Source: an uncultured bacterium (GTDB lineage: Bacteria; Desulfobacterota_D; UBA1144; Nemesobacterales; UBA2774). Taken from it: a stretch of 64,000 nucleotides of DNA. The translations under genes were made by a program, and so were the position numbers. The DNA lies in contig CAVPJU010000010.1 of NCBI GenBank assembly GCA_963705505.1, forward strand, positions 160,001-224,000, given 5' to 3'. Shown one piece after another: positions 52,034 through 64,000 of the stretch; positions within the stretch are counted from its first letter, which is position 1; every line of letters begins with the position of its first letter. The notes beneath the pieces were generated by a model. It did not search any database, had not been told where the DNA came from, and was given only the letters and a program-made list of their open reading frames with translations.

Positions 52034-53265
52034 TGAGAAGAAGGGTAGCGGTTACGGGTATAGGACTCGTAACACCTCTGGGAATTGGGAATAAAGAGAC
52101 CTGGGATGCCGTCTGCGCTGGGCGCTCGGGCGTCAGAAAGATATCGAAATTCGACGCCGCCGAGCACAAGACGCAGATCGCCGCTGAAATTCACGGTTTT
52201 GATCCGGAGCTCTTCATGAACCCCAAGGAGGCGAGGAAGACGGATGCGTTCATACAGTATGCGGTCGCTTCCGCGAAGCTCGCGCTCGAGGATTCGGGGC
52301 TTGAAATAACCGATGAGCTCTCGCCGCGTACCGGCACGATCATAGGATCCGGTATAGGGGGAATGGAGACCTACGTCAATACCGTCCTCATGATGGCGGA
52401 AAAGGGTCCCGGCCGTCTGTCCCCGTTTTTCATTACGAATATTATCAATAACATGGCGGCGGGGTACGTTTCCATATTTTTCAACGCGAAGGGTCCCAAC
52501 TGCTGTACGACAACTGCGTGCGCGGCAAGCGCCCATGCCATAGGCTATGCGTCTATGGCGATAAGGAACGGCGAGGCCGACGTAATGTTTGCGGGCGGCA
52601 CGGAAGCCCCCATAATCCCGCTCACGTTCGCCGGGTTCAACGCCATGAGGGCGCTCTCGACGCGAAACGACGAGCCCGAGCGCGCCTCCCGGCCGTTTGA
52701 CCGGGAGAGGGACGGTTTTATAATCGGCGAGGGCTCCGGGATGCTTATACTCGAAGAGTTGGAATTCGCTAAGAAAAGAGGGGCGAGGATATACGCCGAG
52801 CTCGTCGGATACGGGATGAGCGGCGATGCGAGCCATATAACGGCTCCGTCCCTGGACGGTCCCGAGAGGTGCATGGAAGCGGCGCTTAAGGACGGCGGTA
52901 TAAACCGGGACGAAATAGAGTACATAAACGCGCACGGGACATCGACCCCTCTCAACGACTCTAACGAAACGAACGCCATCAAGAAGGTATTCGGGGAAAA
53001 GGCGTATAAGATTCCGGTCAGCTCGACAAAGTCTATGACGGGACACCTCCTGGGAGCCGCAGGCGCGGTCGAGTCCGCATTCACGGTCCTCGCGCTTGAC
53101 CGGGGCATACTGCCGCCGACAATGAACTACGAGATACCGGACCCCGAATGCGACCTCGATTACGTGCCCAACCAGGCGAGGAACGCCGCAATCAGGACGG
53201 CGCTCAGCAATTCATTCGGATTCGGCGGAACGAACGCCTCGCTAATCTTCAGAAAAATCGATTGA
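52033..53265 (+). CDS. fabF: 3-oxoacyl-ACP synthase II
   Basis: TACAAS, NAHGTST, KSMTGHLLGAAG and SNSFGFGG. Confidence 0.97.
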   Translation: MRRRVAVTGIGLVTPLGIGNKETWDAVCAGRSGVRKISKFDAAEHKTQIAAEIHGFDPELFMNPKEARKTDAFIQYAVASAKLALEDSGLEITDELSPRTGTIIGSGIGGMETYVNTVLMMAEKGPGRLSPFFITNIINNMAAGYVSIFFNAKGPNCCTTTACAASAHAIGYASMAIRNGEADVMFAGGTEAPIIPLTFAGFNAMRALSTRNDEPERASRPFDRERDGFIIGEGSGMLILEELEFAKKRGARIYAELVGYGMSGDASHITAPSLDGPERCMEAALKDGGINRDEIEYINAHGTSTPLNDSNETNAIKKVFGEKAYKIPVSSTKSMTGHLLGAAGAVESAFTVLALDRGILPPTMNYEIPDPECDLDYVPNQARNAAIRTALSNSFGFGGTNASLIFRKID

Positions 53266-53420
53266 ATATCAGGACGTACACACTGATAATCACCACGTTA
53301 ACCGCTTTTTTTTAAAGTGTCCTCCGCACCCGCCGTCCCCCGGAGCCCAGTCCGAAAAACTCTTCCGTCTCGTCCCGTCCCGCCTTTCAAATTGACACAA
53401 ATTCAAGGGCCGTAACCAGC

Positions 53421-53448
53421 TTGATTTGTACTCATTCACCTGTACAAT
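53421..53448 (+). promoter_or_regulatory. Putative sigma-70 promoter of acnA
   Basis: TTGATT (53421-53426), 16 nt, TACAAT (53443-53448). Confidence 0.5.
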
Positions 53449-53493
53449 GATAGGGTAAACCTTCCGCTTAATCAGCAAGCTAAGGAGAATAGA

Positions 53494-56190
53494 ATGAGCG
53501 AGATCAACAATAGACTGAAAGCCCTTTCTACGCTTAAAACGAGCTCGGGCGAAGTCAAATTTTATTCTTTGAAATCCATAGAGAAAAAGCTGGGAAAGGA
53601 CATCTCCCGACTCCCGGTATCTATCAAAATTCTGCTAGAGAACGTTATCAGGAATTACGACGGCAGCATAATTAACGATAACCATCTGACCGCGCTCGCG
53701 GCATGGAGCCCCGAGAACGAAAACGCGGACGAGATTCCTTACTGTCCCGCGCGCGTAATTCTCCAGGACTTCACCGGGGTGCCCTGCGTCGTCGATCTTG
53801 CAGCCATGAGGACGGTCGTCAACAGGCTCGGAGGGAACCCCGACAAGATAAACCCGATAGTCCCCGTCGACCTCGTTATAGACCATTCGGTGCAGGTCGA
53901 CTATTTTGCGAACGACAAGGCTTTTCAATTAAACGTCGAGCGTGAATACGAGAGGAACGGCGAGAGGTACGCGTTTTTGAGATGGGCGCAGAAGGCATTC
54001 GACAATTTCAGGGTCGTCCCGCCCGGCACAGGTATAGTGCATCAGGTCAATCTGGAGTGCCTCGCAAGCGTCGTCTCCTCGACTAAGATAAACGGCTCGA
54101 CGGTCGCTTATCCCGACACGCTCGTCGGCACGGACTCGCACACAACCATGATCAACGGCCTGAGCGTCCTCGGATGGGGCGTCGGCGGCATCGAGGCGGA
54201 GGCGTGCATGCTCGGCCAGCCCCTATACATGCTCCTCCCGGACGTGATAGGTTTCAAGCTCCACGGCCAGCTCTCGGAAGGGGTTACGGCGACAGACCTC
54301 GTACTCACGGTGACGGAGATACTCAGGAAAAAAGGCGTAGTCGGAAAATTCGTCGAGTTCTACGGGCCCGGACTCAGCCAGCTCGCGCTCTCGGACAAAG
54401 CCACTATTGCAAACATGGCGCCCGAATACGGCGCGACCATGGGGTTCTTCCCGGTCGATGAAGAGACGCTCCTTTATCTGAAAATTACGGGAAGGGACAG
54501 GAAGCTCATAGAGCTCGTGGAGACATACACGAAAGAACAAGGACTCTTCAGGACGGACGAAACGCCCGACCCCGTTTATACGGACACGCTGGAGCTCGAC
54601 ATTTCTACAGTCGAGCCGTCGATGGCGGGACCGAGCAGGCCCCAGGACAGGGTCTCCCTCAAAGCGTTAAAGGAATCATACGAAAAAGTACTGGCAGCGA
54701 AGTCAGGCGGGGGGGACGGAAAGAACTTAAATAAAAGAGTCGAGGTAAAATTAGACGGCAGGACTGACGAGATCGGAAACGGTTCCGTCGCGATAGCGGC
54801 TATAACGAGCTGCACCAATACTTCTAACCCGTCCGTCATGGTGGCCTCGGGGCTTGTCGCGAAGAAAGCGGTTGAAAAGGGTCTTACGGTAAGTCCCACG
54901 GTTAAGACGAGCCTCGCCCCCGGCTCGAGAGTCGTGACCGACTACCTCGATGCCGCGGATTTAACGAAATATCTCGATAAGCTGGGCTTTGATCTCGTGG
55001 GCTACGGCTGTACGACGTGCATAGGCAATAGCGGCCCTCTCCCCGCGCCCGTGGAAGAAGCAATCAAGTCAAACGATCTCACATGCGCCGCCGTGCTGAG
55101 CGGGAACAGGAATTTCGAGGGCAGGGTGCACCCTCTCGTGAAATTCGCATACCTCGCTTCCCCGCCGCTCGTAGTGGCTTTCGCTCTCGCGGGTACTGTG
55201 GACATAGACGTTTACAAAGAGCCCATAGGCAAGGGGTCCGACGGCAAGCCGGTTTTCTTAAAGGATGTCTGGCCCTCTCAGAAAGAGATAAGGGAGACGG
55301 TGAACAGAGTCCTCAACCCGGAGATGTTCAGGGCTCAGTACGAACACGTTTTCGATGGGGACGAGACATGGCAATCCCTCGCCGTACCCGAGGGGAACCT
55401 CTACAAATGGGACGAGCATTCGACATATATACAGAACCCGACTTTCTTCCAGGACTTCTCCCTTGATCTCCCCGAGACTAAAGACATCAGGGGGGCATAC
55501 GCGCTCGCGCTGCTGGGCGATTCGATAACGACCGACCACATATCCCCGGCGGGCTCGATCCCCAAGGACGGCCCCGCGGGCAAGTACCTGATAGCGCACG
55601 GCGTCGAACCCAGGGATTTCAACAGCTTCGGGTCCCGGAGAGGCAACCACGAGGTGATGATCCGCGGCACCTTCGCAAATATCAGAATTAAAAACCTGAT
55701 GCTCCCGGGCGTCGAGGGCGGCCTCACCAGACACGTCCCCTCGGGCGAGCAGATGTCCATATTCGACGCATCGATGAAGTACCAGTCAGAAGGGATACCG
55801 CTCATCGTGATCGGCGGCAAAGAGTACGGCACCGGCAGCTCCCGCGACTGGGCGGCCAAAGGCACCGTATTGCTCGGCGTCAAAGCCGTCATCGCCGAAA
55901 GCTACGAAAGGATACATAGGAGCAATCTGGTCGGAATGGGTGTGCTCCCGCTCCAGTTCAAGGAGGGCGAGAACGCGCATACGTACGGACTCACCGGATA
56001 CGAGAGGTACGACATCGATGGCATTACGAAGGATCTTAAACACGGAAAGGATATCCCCGTCAGGGTTACACGCGAGGGAGGGGATAATTTTACGTTTAAC
56101 GCAGTATGCCGTCTGGACAGTCCGATTGAGGTCGAATATTATAAAAATGGCGGAATACTTCAAACGGTGTTGAGGCAGATGATGAAGTGA
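53494..56190 (+). CDS. acnA: Aconitate hydratase A
   Basis: [37 protein letters not shown] and GSSRDWAAK. Confidence 0.99.
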   Translation: MSEINNRLKALSTLKTSSGEVKFYSLKSIEKKLGKDISRLPVSIKILLENVIRNYDGSIINDNHLTALAAWSPENENADEIPYCPARVILQDFTGVPCVVDLAAMRTVVNRLGGNPDKINPIVPVDLVIDHSVQVDYFANDKAFQLNVEREYERNGERYAFLRWAQKAFDNFRVVPPGTGIVHQVNLECLASVVSSTKINGSTVAYPDTLVGTDSHTTMINGLSVLGWGVGGIEAEACMLGQPLYMLLPDVIGFKLHGQLSEGVTATDLVLTVTEILRKKGVVGKFVEFYGPGLSQLALSDKATIANMAPEYGATMGFFPVDEETLLYLKITGRDRKLIELVETYTKEQGLFRTDETPDPVYTDTLELDISTVEPSMAGPSRPQDRVSLKALKESYEKVLAAKSGGGDGKNLNKRVEVKLDGRTDEIGNGSVAIAAITSCTNTSNPSVMVASGLVAKKAVEKGLTVSPTVKTSLAPGSRVVTDYLDAADLTKYLDKLGFDLVGYGCTTCIGNSGPLPAPVEEAIKSNDLTCAAVLSGNRNFEGRVHPLVKFAYLASPPLVVAFALAGTVDIDVYKEPIGKGSDGKPVFLKDVWPSQKEIRETVNRVLNPEMFRAQYEHVFDGDETWQSLAVPEGNLYKWDEHSTYIQNPTFFQDFSLDLPETKDIRGAYALALLGDSITTDHISPAGSIPKDGPAGKYLIAHGVEPRDFNSFGSRRGNHEVMIRGTFANIRIKNLMLPGVEGGLTRHVPSGEQMSIFDASMKYQSEGIPLIVIGGKEYGTGSSRDWAAKGTVLLGVKAVIAESYERIHRSNLVGMGVLPLQFKEGENAHTYGLTGYERYDIDGITKDLKHGKDIPVRVTREGGDNFTFNAVCRLDSPIEVEYYKNGGILQTVLRQMMK

Positions 56191-56359
56191 CAATTAATCA
56201 AATTCCGTCTGAGCGGTGCGTGACTAATTCATTTAATCATTCTCATGAAATTACGAAGTGTGCAATCCCGATAATAAAGCTTTATACGCTTTAATTATTT
56301 GAATTTTGGGTGTTTATTAATTATATTTCAGTCCAAATTTTTCAACAGGAGCCGTAACG

Positions 56360-57613
56360 ATGTCATCCGCAAAACCTAGTGTGGGACAGAAAATTAAAAT
56401 AGACAAAAAGAATGAATCTCTCATAGTCCCCGACAACCCTATTATCCCTTTCATCGAGGGAGACGGCACGGGACCCGATATATGGAAGGCGTCCCAGATC
56501 GTTTTCGACGCCGCCGTGGAGAAGGCATATAAAGGCAAGAGGAAGGTAATATGGCGCGAGGTGCTCACGGGGGAAAAGGCTTTCAACCTCAAGGGCGAAT
56601 GGCTGCCGGAGGAAACTCTCCGGGATCTGAAAGAATACACCGTTTCTATTAAAGGTCCCCTCACCACGCCCATAGGCGGAGGGATAAGGAGCCTGAACGT
56701 GGCACTCAGACAGATGCTCGATCTGTACGCCTGCGTACGCCCCGTGCGGTATATAAAAGGGACGCCGTCCCCTATCAAGAAGCCCCAGGATATGGACATG
56801 ATCATATTCAGGGAGAACACCGAAGACGTATATTCCGGGATAGAATGGCAGAGCGGATCGAAAGAGGCGATAGATATCAGGAATTACCTCGTTGATAAGT
56901 ACGGTGTGAACATAAGGGAAGGCTCGGGAATCGGCATAAAGCCGATAAGCCCCTTCGGCACTAAGAGGCTCGTAAGAAAGGCGCTGAAACACGCGATCGA
57001 AAAGGGGAAGGAGAGCGTCACTATCGTGCACAAAGGGAATATCATGAAGTTCACGGAAGGCGCCTTCAGAGACTGGGGTTACGAGATCGCGAAGGAAGAA
57101 TTCCCGAACCAGGTGATAACGGAAGACAATCTCTGGGATAAATACAACGGTAAAAGGCCCGAGGGGATAGTCGTATTAAACGACAGAATAGCCGACAACA
57201 TGCTTCAGCAGATTCTGACGAGGACAAGGGAATACCACGTGATCGCGACAGCGAACCTGAACGGCGACTACCTCTCCGACGCTTGCGCAGCGCAGGTGGG
57301 CGGTCTCGGAATGGCCCCCGGCGGCAACATCGGGGATTACCTCGCGCTCTTCGAAGCGACTCACGGGACTGCTCCCAAATACGCAGGACAGGACAGGGTA
57401 AACCCCGGTTCGCTGATATTGTCGGGCGAGATGATGTTCGAATACATGGGCTGGCACGAAGCCGCCGACCTCATAGTCAAAGCCATGGAGATTACGATAC
57501 TCGACAAGACGGTCACTTACGACCTCGAGCGTCAGCTTGAGGGAGCGAAGCTTCTCAAGTGCTCGGAGTTCGGCGAGGCGATAGCCGCCAATATGGACAG
57601 GGTTCTGGTTTAG
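56360..57613 (+). CDS. icd: Isocitrate dehydrogenase (homodimeric, NADP-type)
   Basis: [42 protein letters not shown] and [12 protein letters not shown]. Confidence 0.98.
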   Translation: MSSAKPSVGQKIKIDKKNESLIVPDNPIIPFIEGDGTGPDIWKASQIVFDAAVEKAYKGKRKVIWREVLTGEKAFNLKGEWLPEETLRDLKEYTVSIKGPLTTPIGGGIRSLNVALRQMLDLYACVRPVRYIKGTPSPIKKPQDMDMIIFRENTEDVYSGIEWQSGSKEAIDIRNYLVDKYGVNIREGSGIGIKPISPFGTKRLVRKALKHAIEKGKESVTIVHKGNIMKFTEGAFRDWGYEIAKEEFPNQVITEDNLWDKYNGKRPEGIVVLNDRIADNMLQQILTRTREYHVIATANLNGDYLSDACAAQVGGLGMAPGGNIGDYLALFEATHGTAPKYAGQDRVNPGSLILSGEMMFEYMGWHEAADLIVKAMEITILDKTVTYDLERQLEGAKLLKCSEFGEAIAANMDRVLV

Positions 57614-57666
57614 CGGTACATCAATTTCGGAAATATCCGGGAAACAGATACCAACAATAATAATGA

Positions 57667-58629
<963 letters not shown>

Positions 58630-58663
58630 GAGAAATCACGGCCCGTTCGGGATATCCTGCGGC

Positions 58664-58692
58664 TTGACTAGCTCCGGTCATTTATATAATAT
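58664..58692 (+). promoter_or_regulatory. Putative sigma-70 promoter of the sdh-sucC unit
   Basis: TTGACT (58664-58669) with TATAAT (58685-58690) or TAATAT (58687-58692). Confidence 0.5.
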
Positions 58693-58774
58693 TACAAGCC
58701 AATTATCCGAGTCGTTAATAAAAAGCCCGTGACAACAAAATTCATGTACTGAAAAAACCTAGGGAGGTACCGAG

Positions 58775-59506
58775 ATGGCAAACGGAACCGCGCAGAGCGC
58801 AATGACATTGAGGCGGGACACGTGGTGGGTCGCTCCCCTCGTCACAGCGATCGTGCTTGGCTCTTTCGGCATTTATTCCACCTGGCGAGCGTTCTCCAAC
58901 GCGGACTTCGTGTATGGACCTTACCTTTCCCCTTTTTATTCCCCATACATACTCGCTTCCTGGTGGCCGTTCTCACCCGCGTTACTCATACTGTGGGCGC
59001 CTCTCGGATTCAGGGCTACGTGCTATTATTACAGGAAGGCATATTACAGGTCGTTCTTCCTATCCCCGCCCGCATGCGCCGTGCGTCCCATGTCGAAGGA
59101 AGGCTCGTATTCGGGAGAAACGAAGTTCCCGTTCATAATCCAGAACATCCACCGCTATTTCTTCTATGCGGCAACTGTAGTTCTCTTCTTCCTCTGGGTG
59201 GACGCGTTTAAAGCACTCAAATTCGAAGACGGGTTCGGAGTCGGAGTGGGTACGCTCGTGCTTTTCGCGAACGCCACACTCCTCAGCTTTTATTCACTGG
59301 GATGCCACTCGTTCCGCCACCTTATCGGCGGGAATCTCGATGTTTTCTCAAAATGCCCTACGCGCTTCATGCTATGGGGTAAGGCAAGCGCCTTCAACGA
59401 GCACCACATGCTATGGGCATGGGTAAGCCTCTTCGGCGTAGCACTTGCCGACCTATACATAATGCTGCTCGCAAGGGGCGTTATCACAGACGTGAGGTTA
59501 ATATAA
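58775..59506 (+). CDS. Succinate dehydrogenase membrane anchor, mycobacterial Sdh1 (Rv0249c-like) type
   Basis: SPFYSP, FRATCYYYRKAYYRSF, YSGETKFP...QNIHRY, GCHSFRH and HMLWAW; directly upstream of sdhA. Confidence 0.85.
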   Translation: MANGTAQSAMTLRRDTWWVAPLVTAIVLGSFGIYSTWRAFSNADFVYGPYLSPFYSPYILASWWPFSPALLILWAPLGFRATCYYYRKAYYRSFFLSPPACAVRPMSKEGSYSGETKFPFIIQNIHRYFFYAATVVLFFLWVDAFKALKFEDGFGVGVGTLVLFANATLLSFYSLGCHSFRHLIGGNLDVFSKCPTRFMLWGKASAFNEHHMLWAWVSLFGVALADLYIMLLARGVITDVRLI

Positions 59507-61234
59507 ATGGAGAAGTTTGAAACACATACGCACGACGTTATTATAATCGGCGCAGGAGGCGCGGGACTCAGGGCCGCGATCGAGGCATCCGCACAGGGAG
59601 CCTCAGTCGGGCTCGTCTGCAAGTCCCTCCTGGGCAAAGCCCACACGGTCATGGCCGAGGGGGGCGTAGCCGCCGCTCTCGCCAACGTCGACACGAACGA
59701 CGACTGGAAGGTCCACTTCCACGACACGATGCACGGCGGGAAGATGCTCAATAACTGGCGCATGGCGCAGATGCACGCACAGGAGGCGCCCGACCGCGTG
59801 AGGGAGCTCGAGCACTGGGGCGCTCTATTCGACAGGACGAAGGACGGAAAGATAATGCAGAGGGCATTCGGCGGCCACACCTGGAAAAGACTCGCCCACG
59901 TGGGAGACAGGACCGGGCTCGAGATGATCCGCACGCTCCAGGACAAAGGCATACACTCCGGCATAGACGTATACATGGAATGCACTATTACCCATCTGTT
60001 AAAGGACGGTGAAAGGATATCGGGCGCGTTCGGCTACTGGAGAGAGAGCGGCAGGTTCGTCCTCTTCAAGTCAAAAGCCGTAGTACTCGCGACGGGCGGC
60101 ATCGGGAAGTCTTACAAAGTGACATCGAACTCATGGGAATACACGGGGGACGGACACTCGCTCGCCTATGACGCGGGAGCCGAGCTTATCGACATGGAAT
60201 TCGTACAGTTCCACCCGACCGGAATGGTATGGCCCCCGAGCGTAAAGGGCTTACTCGTCACGGAGGCCGTGAGGGGCGAGGGCGGTTTACTTACCAACAG
60301 AAACGGCGAAAGGTTCATGGAAAAATACGACCCCGAGAGGATGGAGCTCTCGACCAGGGACGTCGTCGCAAGGTCCATTTATATCGAAGTCCAGGAAGGA
60401 CGCGGCACACCCCACGGCGGAGCGTACCTCGATATCTCGCACAGGGGCGCAGAATACGTTAAGAAGAAACTCCCGAGCATGTACCACCAGTTCATGGAGT
60501 TCGCGGAGATAGACATAACTAAAGAGCCCATGGAAGTGTTCCCGACCACACACTACATGATGGGCGGAGTCCGCGTCGACGCCGATACCACGGGGAGCAC
60601 GGTGCCCGGATTATTCGCGGCCGGAGAGGTCGCGGGCGGCATGCACGGAGCGAACAGGCTGGGCGGGAACTCGCTCTCGGACCTCCTCGTATTCGGAAGG
60701 AGGGCGGGTCTCGGCGCAGCTCAGTACGCTAACGAGCTCCGCGACAACGCGCTCAAGATAGACGACGTCGATCTCGAAAAGGCCGCTCAAGAGATGCTGA
60801 GGCCCTTTGAGAACGCGGAAGGCGAAAACCCCTACACCGTGCATCAGGCCCTACAGGAGGCTATGAGCTCTTATGTGGGCGTATTCAGAACGAAGGAAAA
60901 ACTAGCAGAAGGGCTCGAAGAGATACAGGTGCTCAAAGACAGGGCTTCACAGATGAGGATCGAAGGCTCGCGGATGTACAACCCCGGCTGGCACCTCTGC
61001 AAAGACCTGAAATCGATGCTTATCGTTTCCGAGGCCATTGCGAAATCCGCTCACCAGAGGGAAGAGAGCAGGGGCGCCCACAGCAGGGTGGATTTCCCCA
61101 AGTACGACAATGAAAAATGGGCGAACGTGAACTCGGTAATTTCCAAAGATAACGGGACAATGAAAATAGGAACATCCCCGCTTCCTCAAATGCCCGAGGA
61201 GCTGAGGAAGATCGTAGAGGGAGGTCACAAATAA
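59507..61234 (+). CDS. sdhA: Succinate dehydrogenase/fumarate reductase flavoprotein
   Basis: GAGGAG, AHTVMAEGG, QFHPTG, TEAVRGEGG, HYMMGG, HGANRLGGNSL and ESRGAH. Confidence 0.96.
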   Translation: MEKFETHTHDVIIIGAGGAGLRAAIEASAQGASVGLVCKSLLGKAHTVMAEGGVAAALANVDTNDDWKVHFHDTMHGGKMLNNWRMAQMHAQEAPDRVRELEHWGALFDRTKDGKIMQRAFGGHTWKRLAHVGDRTGLEMIRTLQDKGIHSGIDVYMECTITHLLKDGERISGAFGYWRESGRFVLFKSKAVVLATGGIGKSYKVTSNSWEYTGDGHSLAYDAGAELIDMEFVQFHPTGMVWPPSVKGLLVTEAVRGEGGLLTNRNGERFMEKYDPERMELSTRDVVARSIYIEVQEGRGTPHGGAYLDISHRGAEYVKKKLPSMYHQFMEFAEIDITKEPMEVFPTTHYMMGGVRVDADTTGSTVPGLFAAGEVAGGMHGANRLGGNSLSDLLVFGRRAGLGAAQYANELRDNALKIDDVDLEKAAQEMLRPFENAEGENPYTVHQALQEAMSSYVGVFRTKEKLAEGLEEIQVLKDRASQMRIEGSRMYNPGWHLCKDLKSMLIVSEAIAKSAHQREESRGAHSRVDFPKYDNEKWANVNSVISKDNGTMKIGTSPLPQMPEELRKIVEGGHK

Positions 61235-61975
61235 ATGGCTGTCGTTAAAATGCGAGTGTACCGGGGCGACTCTAACGGGGGCAGTGAGAAGGAATACGAA
61301 GTGCCGCTTGAGGAAGGGATGGTCGTCCTCGACGCCATTCATTTCATCCAGGCCAATTACGACGGAGACCTGGCCGTGAGATGGAACTGCAAGGCCGCCA
61401 AATGCGGTTCATGCAGCGCTGAGATCAACGGCATGCCCAAGCTGACCTGCAAGACCAGGCTCGATACGCTCCCCCTCGATAAACCCGTAACGGTATATCC
61501 GGTCAAGACGTTCCCGATTATTAAAGACCTCGTGACCGACGTGTCCTGGAACTATAAGGTGAGAAAAATGATACCCCCTTTCACTCCGGCAAAGGACACA
61601 AAATGGATCATGTATCAGGAAGACGTCGAAAGGGGCCAGGAGTTCCGTAAATGCATCGAGTGCTTCCTCTGCCAGAACGTATGCCATGTCCTGAGAAACC
61701 ACGATAAAAAGAACGAATTCTTCGGCCCCAGAATGTTTATAAAAATGGCCGAGTTCGAAATGCACCCCCTCGACACGGCTGACCGCAAGGAGATGCTGAG
61801 GAACCAGGCGGGGATCGGATACTGCAATATTACAAAATGCTGCACGGAAGTGTGTCCCGAGCATATACATATAACCGACAACGCGATAATTCCCCTGAAA
61901 GAGAGGGTAGCCGATACCTATTTCGATCCGCTTCAGTGGCTGCTCGACAAATTCAAGGGAAGCCCGAAACAGTAA
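61235..61975 (+). CDS. sdhB: Succinate dehydrogenase/fumarate reductase iron-sulfur subunit
   Basis: CKAAKCGSC...[12 protein letters not shown] and [12 protein letters not shown]. Confidence 0.95.
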   Translation: MAVVKMRVYRGDSNGGSEKEYEVPLEEGMVVLDAIHFIQANYDGDLAVRWNCKAAKCGSCSAEINGMPKLTCKTRLDTLPLDKPVTVYPVKTFPIIKDLVTDVSWNYKVRKMIPPFTPAKDTKWIMYQEDVERGQEFRKCIECFLCQNVCHVLRNHDKKNEFFGPRMFIKMAEFEMHPLDTADRKEMLRNQAGIGYCNITKCCTEVCPEHIHITDNAIIPLKERVADTYFDPLQWLLDKFKGSPKQ

Positions 61976-62001
61976 CGCAGTCAGTCACAGGAGGATTTAC
62001 A

Positions 62002-63168
62002 GTGAATATCCATGAGTACCAGGCCAAGGAGCTTCTTTCCCAATACGGAGTAGCCGTACCCACAGGAAAGGTCGCGTTCCACCATGACGAAGCTCACCAG
62101 ATAGCAAAGGACCTGAACGTCGGGAAGTTCGTCATAAAGGCGCAGATTCACGCCGGGGGGAGAGGGAAGGGCGGAGGCGTCAAGCTCGCGACCACACTTG
62201 AGGACGTGAGACAGATCGCGTCCGAGATACTGGGCATGATACTCGTTACCCACCAGACCGGTCCGGAAGGGAAGCTAGTGCAGAAAGTCCTCGTTGAGGA
62301 AGCGTCGGACATCGAGAAGGAGCTGTATCTCGGCATGGTCATAGACAGGGCAAAGGAGCAGATAGTCATAATGGCGAGCCGCGAAGGCGGTATGGAAATC
62401 GAAGAGGTCGCAAGGAAGCACCCGGGAAAAATAACCAGGGAATACGTCGACCCCACAGTCGGCCTCCTGCCTTATCAATGCAGAAAAATCGCGTATTTCC
62501 TCGGACTCGAAGGCAAGACGGTCAACAAGGCCGTCAAATTCATCTCGGGCCTCTACCAGCTGTTCACGGAAAAGGACTGCTCGCTCGCCGAGATAAACCC
62601 GCTGATACTGACAAAGAGCGGGGACGTGCTGGCGCTTGACGCGAAGATGAATTTCGACGACAACGCCCTCTTCAGACACCCCGATATAGAAAAGCTCCAC
62701 GACCCCTCCGAAGAAGACCCGACCGAGCTCGAGGCGAAGAAATGGGGAATAAGCTACGTAAAGCTCGAGGGCAACATAGGCTGTCTCGTGAACGGAGCCG
62801 GTCTCGCCATGTCCACCATGGACATAATCAAGCACCACGGCGGTGAGCCCGCGAACTTCCTCGACGTAGGCGGGGGAGCGAATACGGAGCAGGTTACACA
62901 GGCATTCAAGATGATACTGAGCGACCCTAACGTCAAAGCCATATTCGTTAACATATTCGGCGGGATCATGAAATGCGACACGATCGCCGAAGGCATCGTC
63001 ACCGCGGCAAAAGAGGTGGGTCTGAGCGTCCCGCTCGTCGTCAGGCTCGAAGGGACGAACGTCGATCTCGGAAGAAAAATGCTTTCGAAATCGGGACTTA
63101 ACATCATAACGGGCGGCGATATGAGGGAAGCTGCCGCAAAAGTGGTCGAAGCCGCCAAAGCCGGTTAA
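62002..63168 (+). CDS. sucC: Succinyl-CoA ligase (ADP-forming) beta subunit
   Basis: [44 protein letters not shown] and NIFGGI; AGGAGG RBS with GTG at 62002. Confidence 0.97.
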   Translation: MNIHEYQAKELLSQYGVAVPTGKVAFHHDEAHQIAKDLNVGKFVIKAQIHAGGRGKGGGVKLATTLEDVRQIASEILGMILVTHQTGPEGKLVQKVLVEEASDIEKELYLGMVIDRAKEQIVIMASREGGMEIEEVARKHPGKITREYVDPTVGLLPYQCRKIAYFLGLEGKTVNKAVKFISGLYQLFTEKDCSLAEINPLILTKSGDVLALDAKMNFDDNALFRHPDIEKLHDPSEEDPTELEAKKWGISYVKLEGNIGCLVNGAGLAMSTMDIIKHHGGEPANFLDVGGGANTEQVTQAFKMILSDPNVKAIFVNIFGGIMKCDTIAEGIVTAAKEVGLSVPLVVRLEGTNVDLGRKMLSKSGLNIITGGDMREAAAKVVEAAKAG

Positions 63169-63360
63169 TTACAATCCGCAGCGCATATGCCGTTAAAGCG
63201 TACAGGCGTCGGCTACCTCCTCCCGAAATTTAAGAAAAACTTAAACAATTAAAAGCTAAACACCCAATAATAATAGAATAATATATTTGCGCGCTCGAAG
63301 TTTGACCCCCTTGACATTTCTCCGATGATGATTAATTTTCAAAAAGGAGGATTAAACTAG

Positions 63361-64000
63361 ATGAAAGCAGTGGCAGTCAGGGAACCAATGGGTATTTTCT
63401 TGAGGGAAATAGAAAAATACCCGGTTTTAACAAAAGACGAAGAATACAGCCTCGCGGTCAGATATTATGAGGAAAACGACCTGGAAGCGGCTAACGAGCT
63501 TGTTGTATCAAACCTCAGGTTCGTCGTAAAGATAGCTTCCGAATACATTTCGTACGGTTTTCCTCTGAGCGACCTCGTTCAGGAAGGCACGATAGGGCTG
63601 ATGAAGGCTGTTAAAAAATTCAACCCTTACAAGGGTTACAGGCTGATTTCATACGCCGTATGGTGGATCAGGGCCAAGATTCAGAACCACATAATGAAAT
63701 TCTGGAGCCATGTGAAAATAGGAACCACGCAGGCCCAGCGGAAACTCTTCCACAAGATAGGAAGGGCGAAGAAGGACCTCAACATCCGGCACGACGAATT
63801 GACGGAATCGGACATCAGGAAGGTAGCAGAATTATTCGGCGTAAAGGACAAGGACGTTATGGATATGGAATTCAGAATGGCGTCCCGGGACTTCTCGCTC
63901 GATACCTCGTTCGGTGACGACGATTCCATAACGTATCTAGACGCCGTTTCCGACGGTCATTCCAGCCAGGAAGAGGTGCTTCGAATCTTTAGAGCAATCG
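63361..64000 (+). CDS. rpoH: RpoH/sigma-32-like sigma-70 family factor, 5' part (runs off the window)
   Basis: Manual translation gives SNLRFVVKIA, DLVQEGTIGLMKAVKKF, LISYAVWWIRA and WSHVKIGTTQAQRKLF (RpoH-box-like); AGGAGG RBS. Confidence 0.82.
   Translation, partial: MKAVAVREPMGIFLREIEKYPVLTKDEEYSLAVRYYEENDLEAANELVVSNLRFVVKIASEYISYGFPLSDLVQEGTIGLMKAVKKFNPYKGYRLISYAVWWIRAKIQNHIMKFWSHVKIGTTQAQRKLFHKIGRAKKDLNIRHDELTESDIRKVAELFGVKDKDVMDMEFRMASRDFSLDTSFGDDDSITYLDAVSDGHSSQEEVLRIFRAI

Noticed and set aside
63935..64000. Possible extra frameshift at the end of the rpoH-like gene (VLRIFRAI versus VL-ESLEQS)
   Set aside because: Too close to the window edge to decide which frame continues.

Overview
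This is a gene-dense bacterial chromosome segment of mostly housekeeping genes. Gene style and the IPTL-CTERM paralogues tentatively suggest a deltaproteobacteria-like lineage such as Ca. Dadabacteria; this is unverified inference. Core genes recognised: rdgB (3' end), pyrG, an RNase II/R-family gene, GAF-PtsP, gltA, rplU-rpmA, mnmA-mtaB, nfeD-SPFH, an opp/dpp ABC transporter, yceD-rpmF-fabD-fabG-acpP-fabF, a TCA block (acnA, icd, mdh, three-gene Sdh1-type succinate dehydrogenase, sucC without sucD) and the 5' part of an RpoH-like sigma factor. An accessory stretch at about 12-29 kb holds a stand-alone diadenylate-cyclase gene next to a metallophosphoesterase, three IPTL-CTERM surface-protein genes (two are tandem pilin-like paralogues, one broken), a B12 radical-SAM plus O-methyltransferase pair, a GC-rich SQR-like gene and several REP-like palindromes, including a nested cassette between 34-bp direct repeats. 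Other oddities are a membrane HAMP cyclase-fold protein with degenerate catalytic motifs and an orphan ZAS anti-sigma gene behind a long structured leader. Five otherwise intact genes are each split by a single +1 frameshift, most likely assembly errors. I found no rRNA, tRNA, CRISPR array or transposase. All family calls come from motif reading, not database searches.
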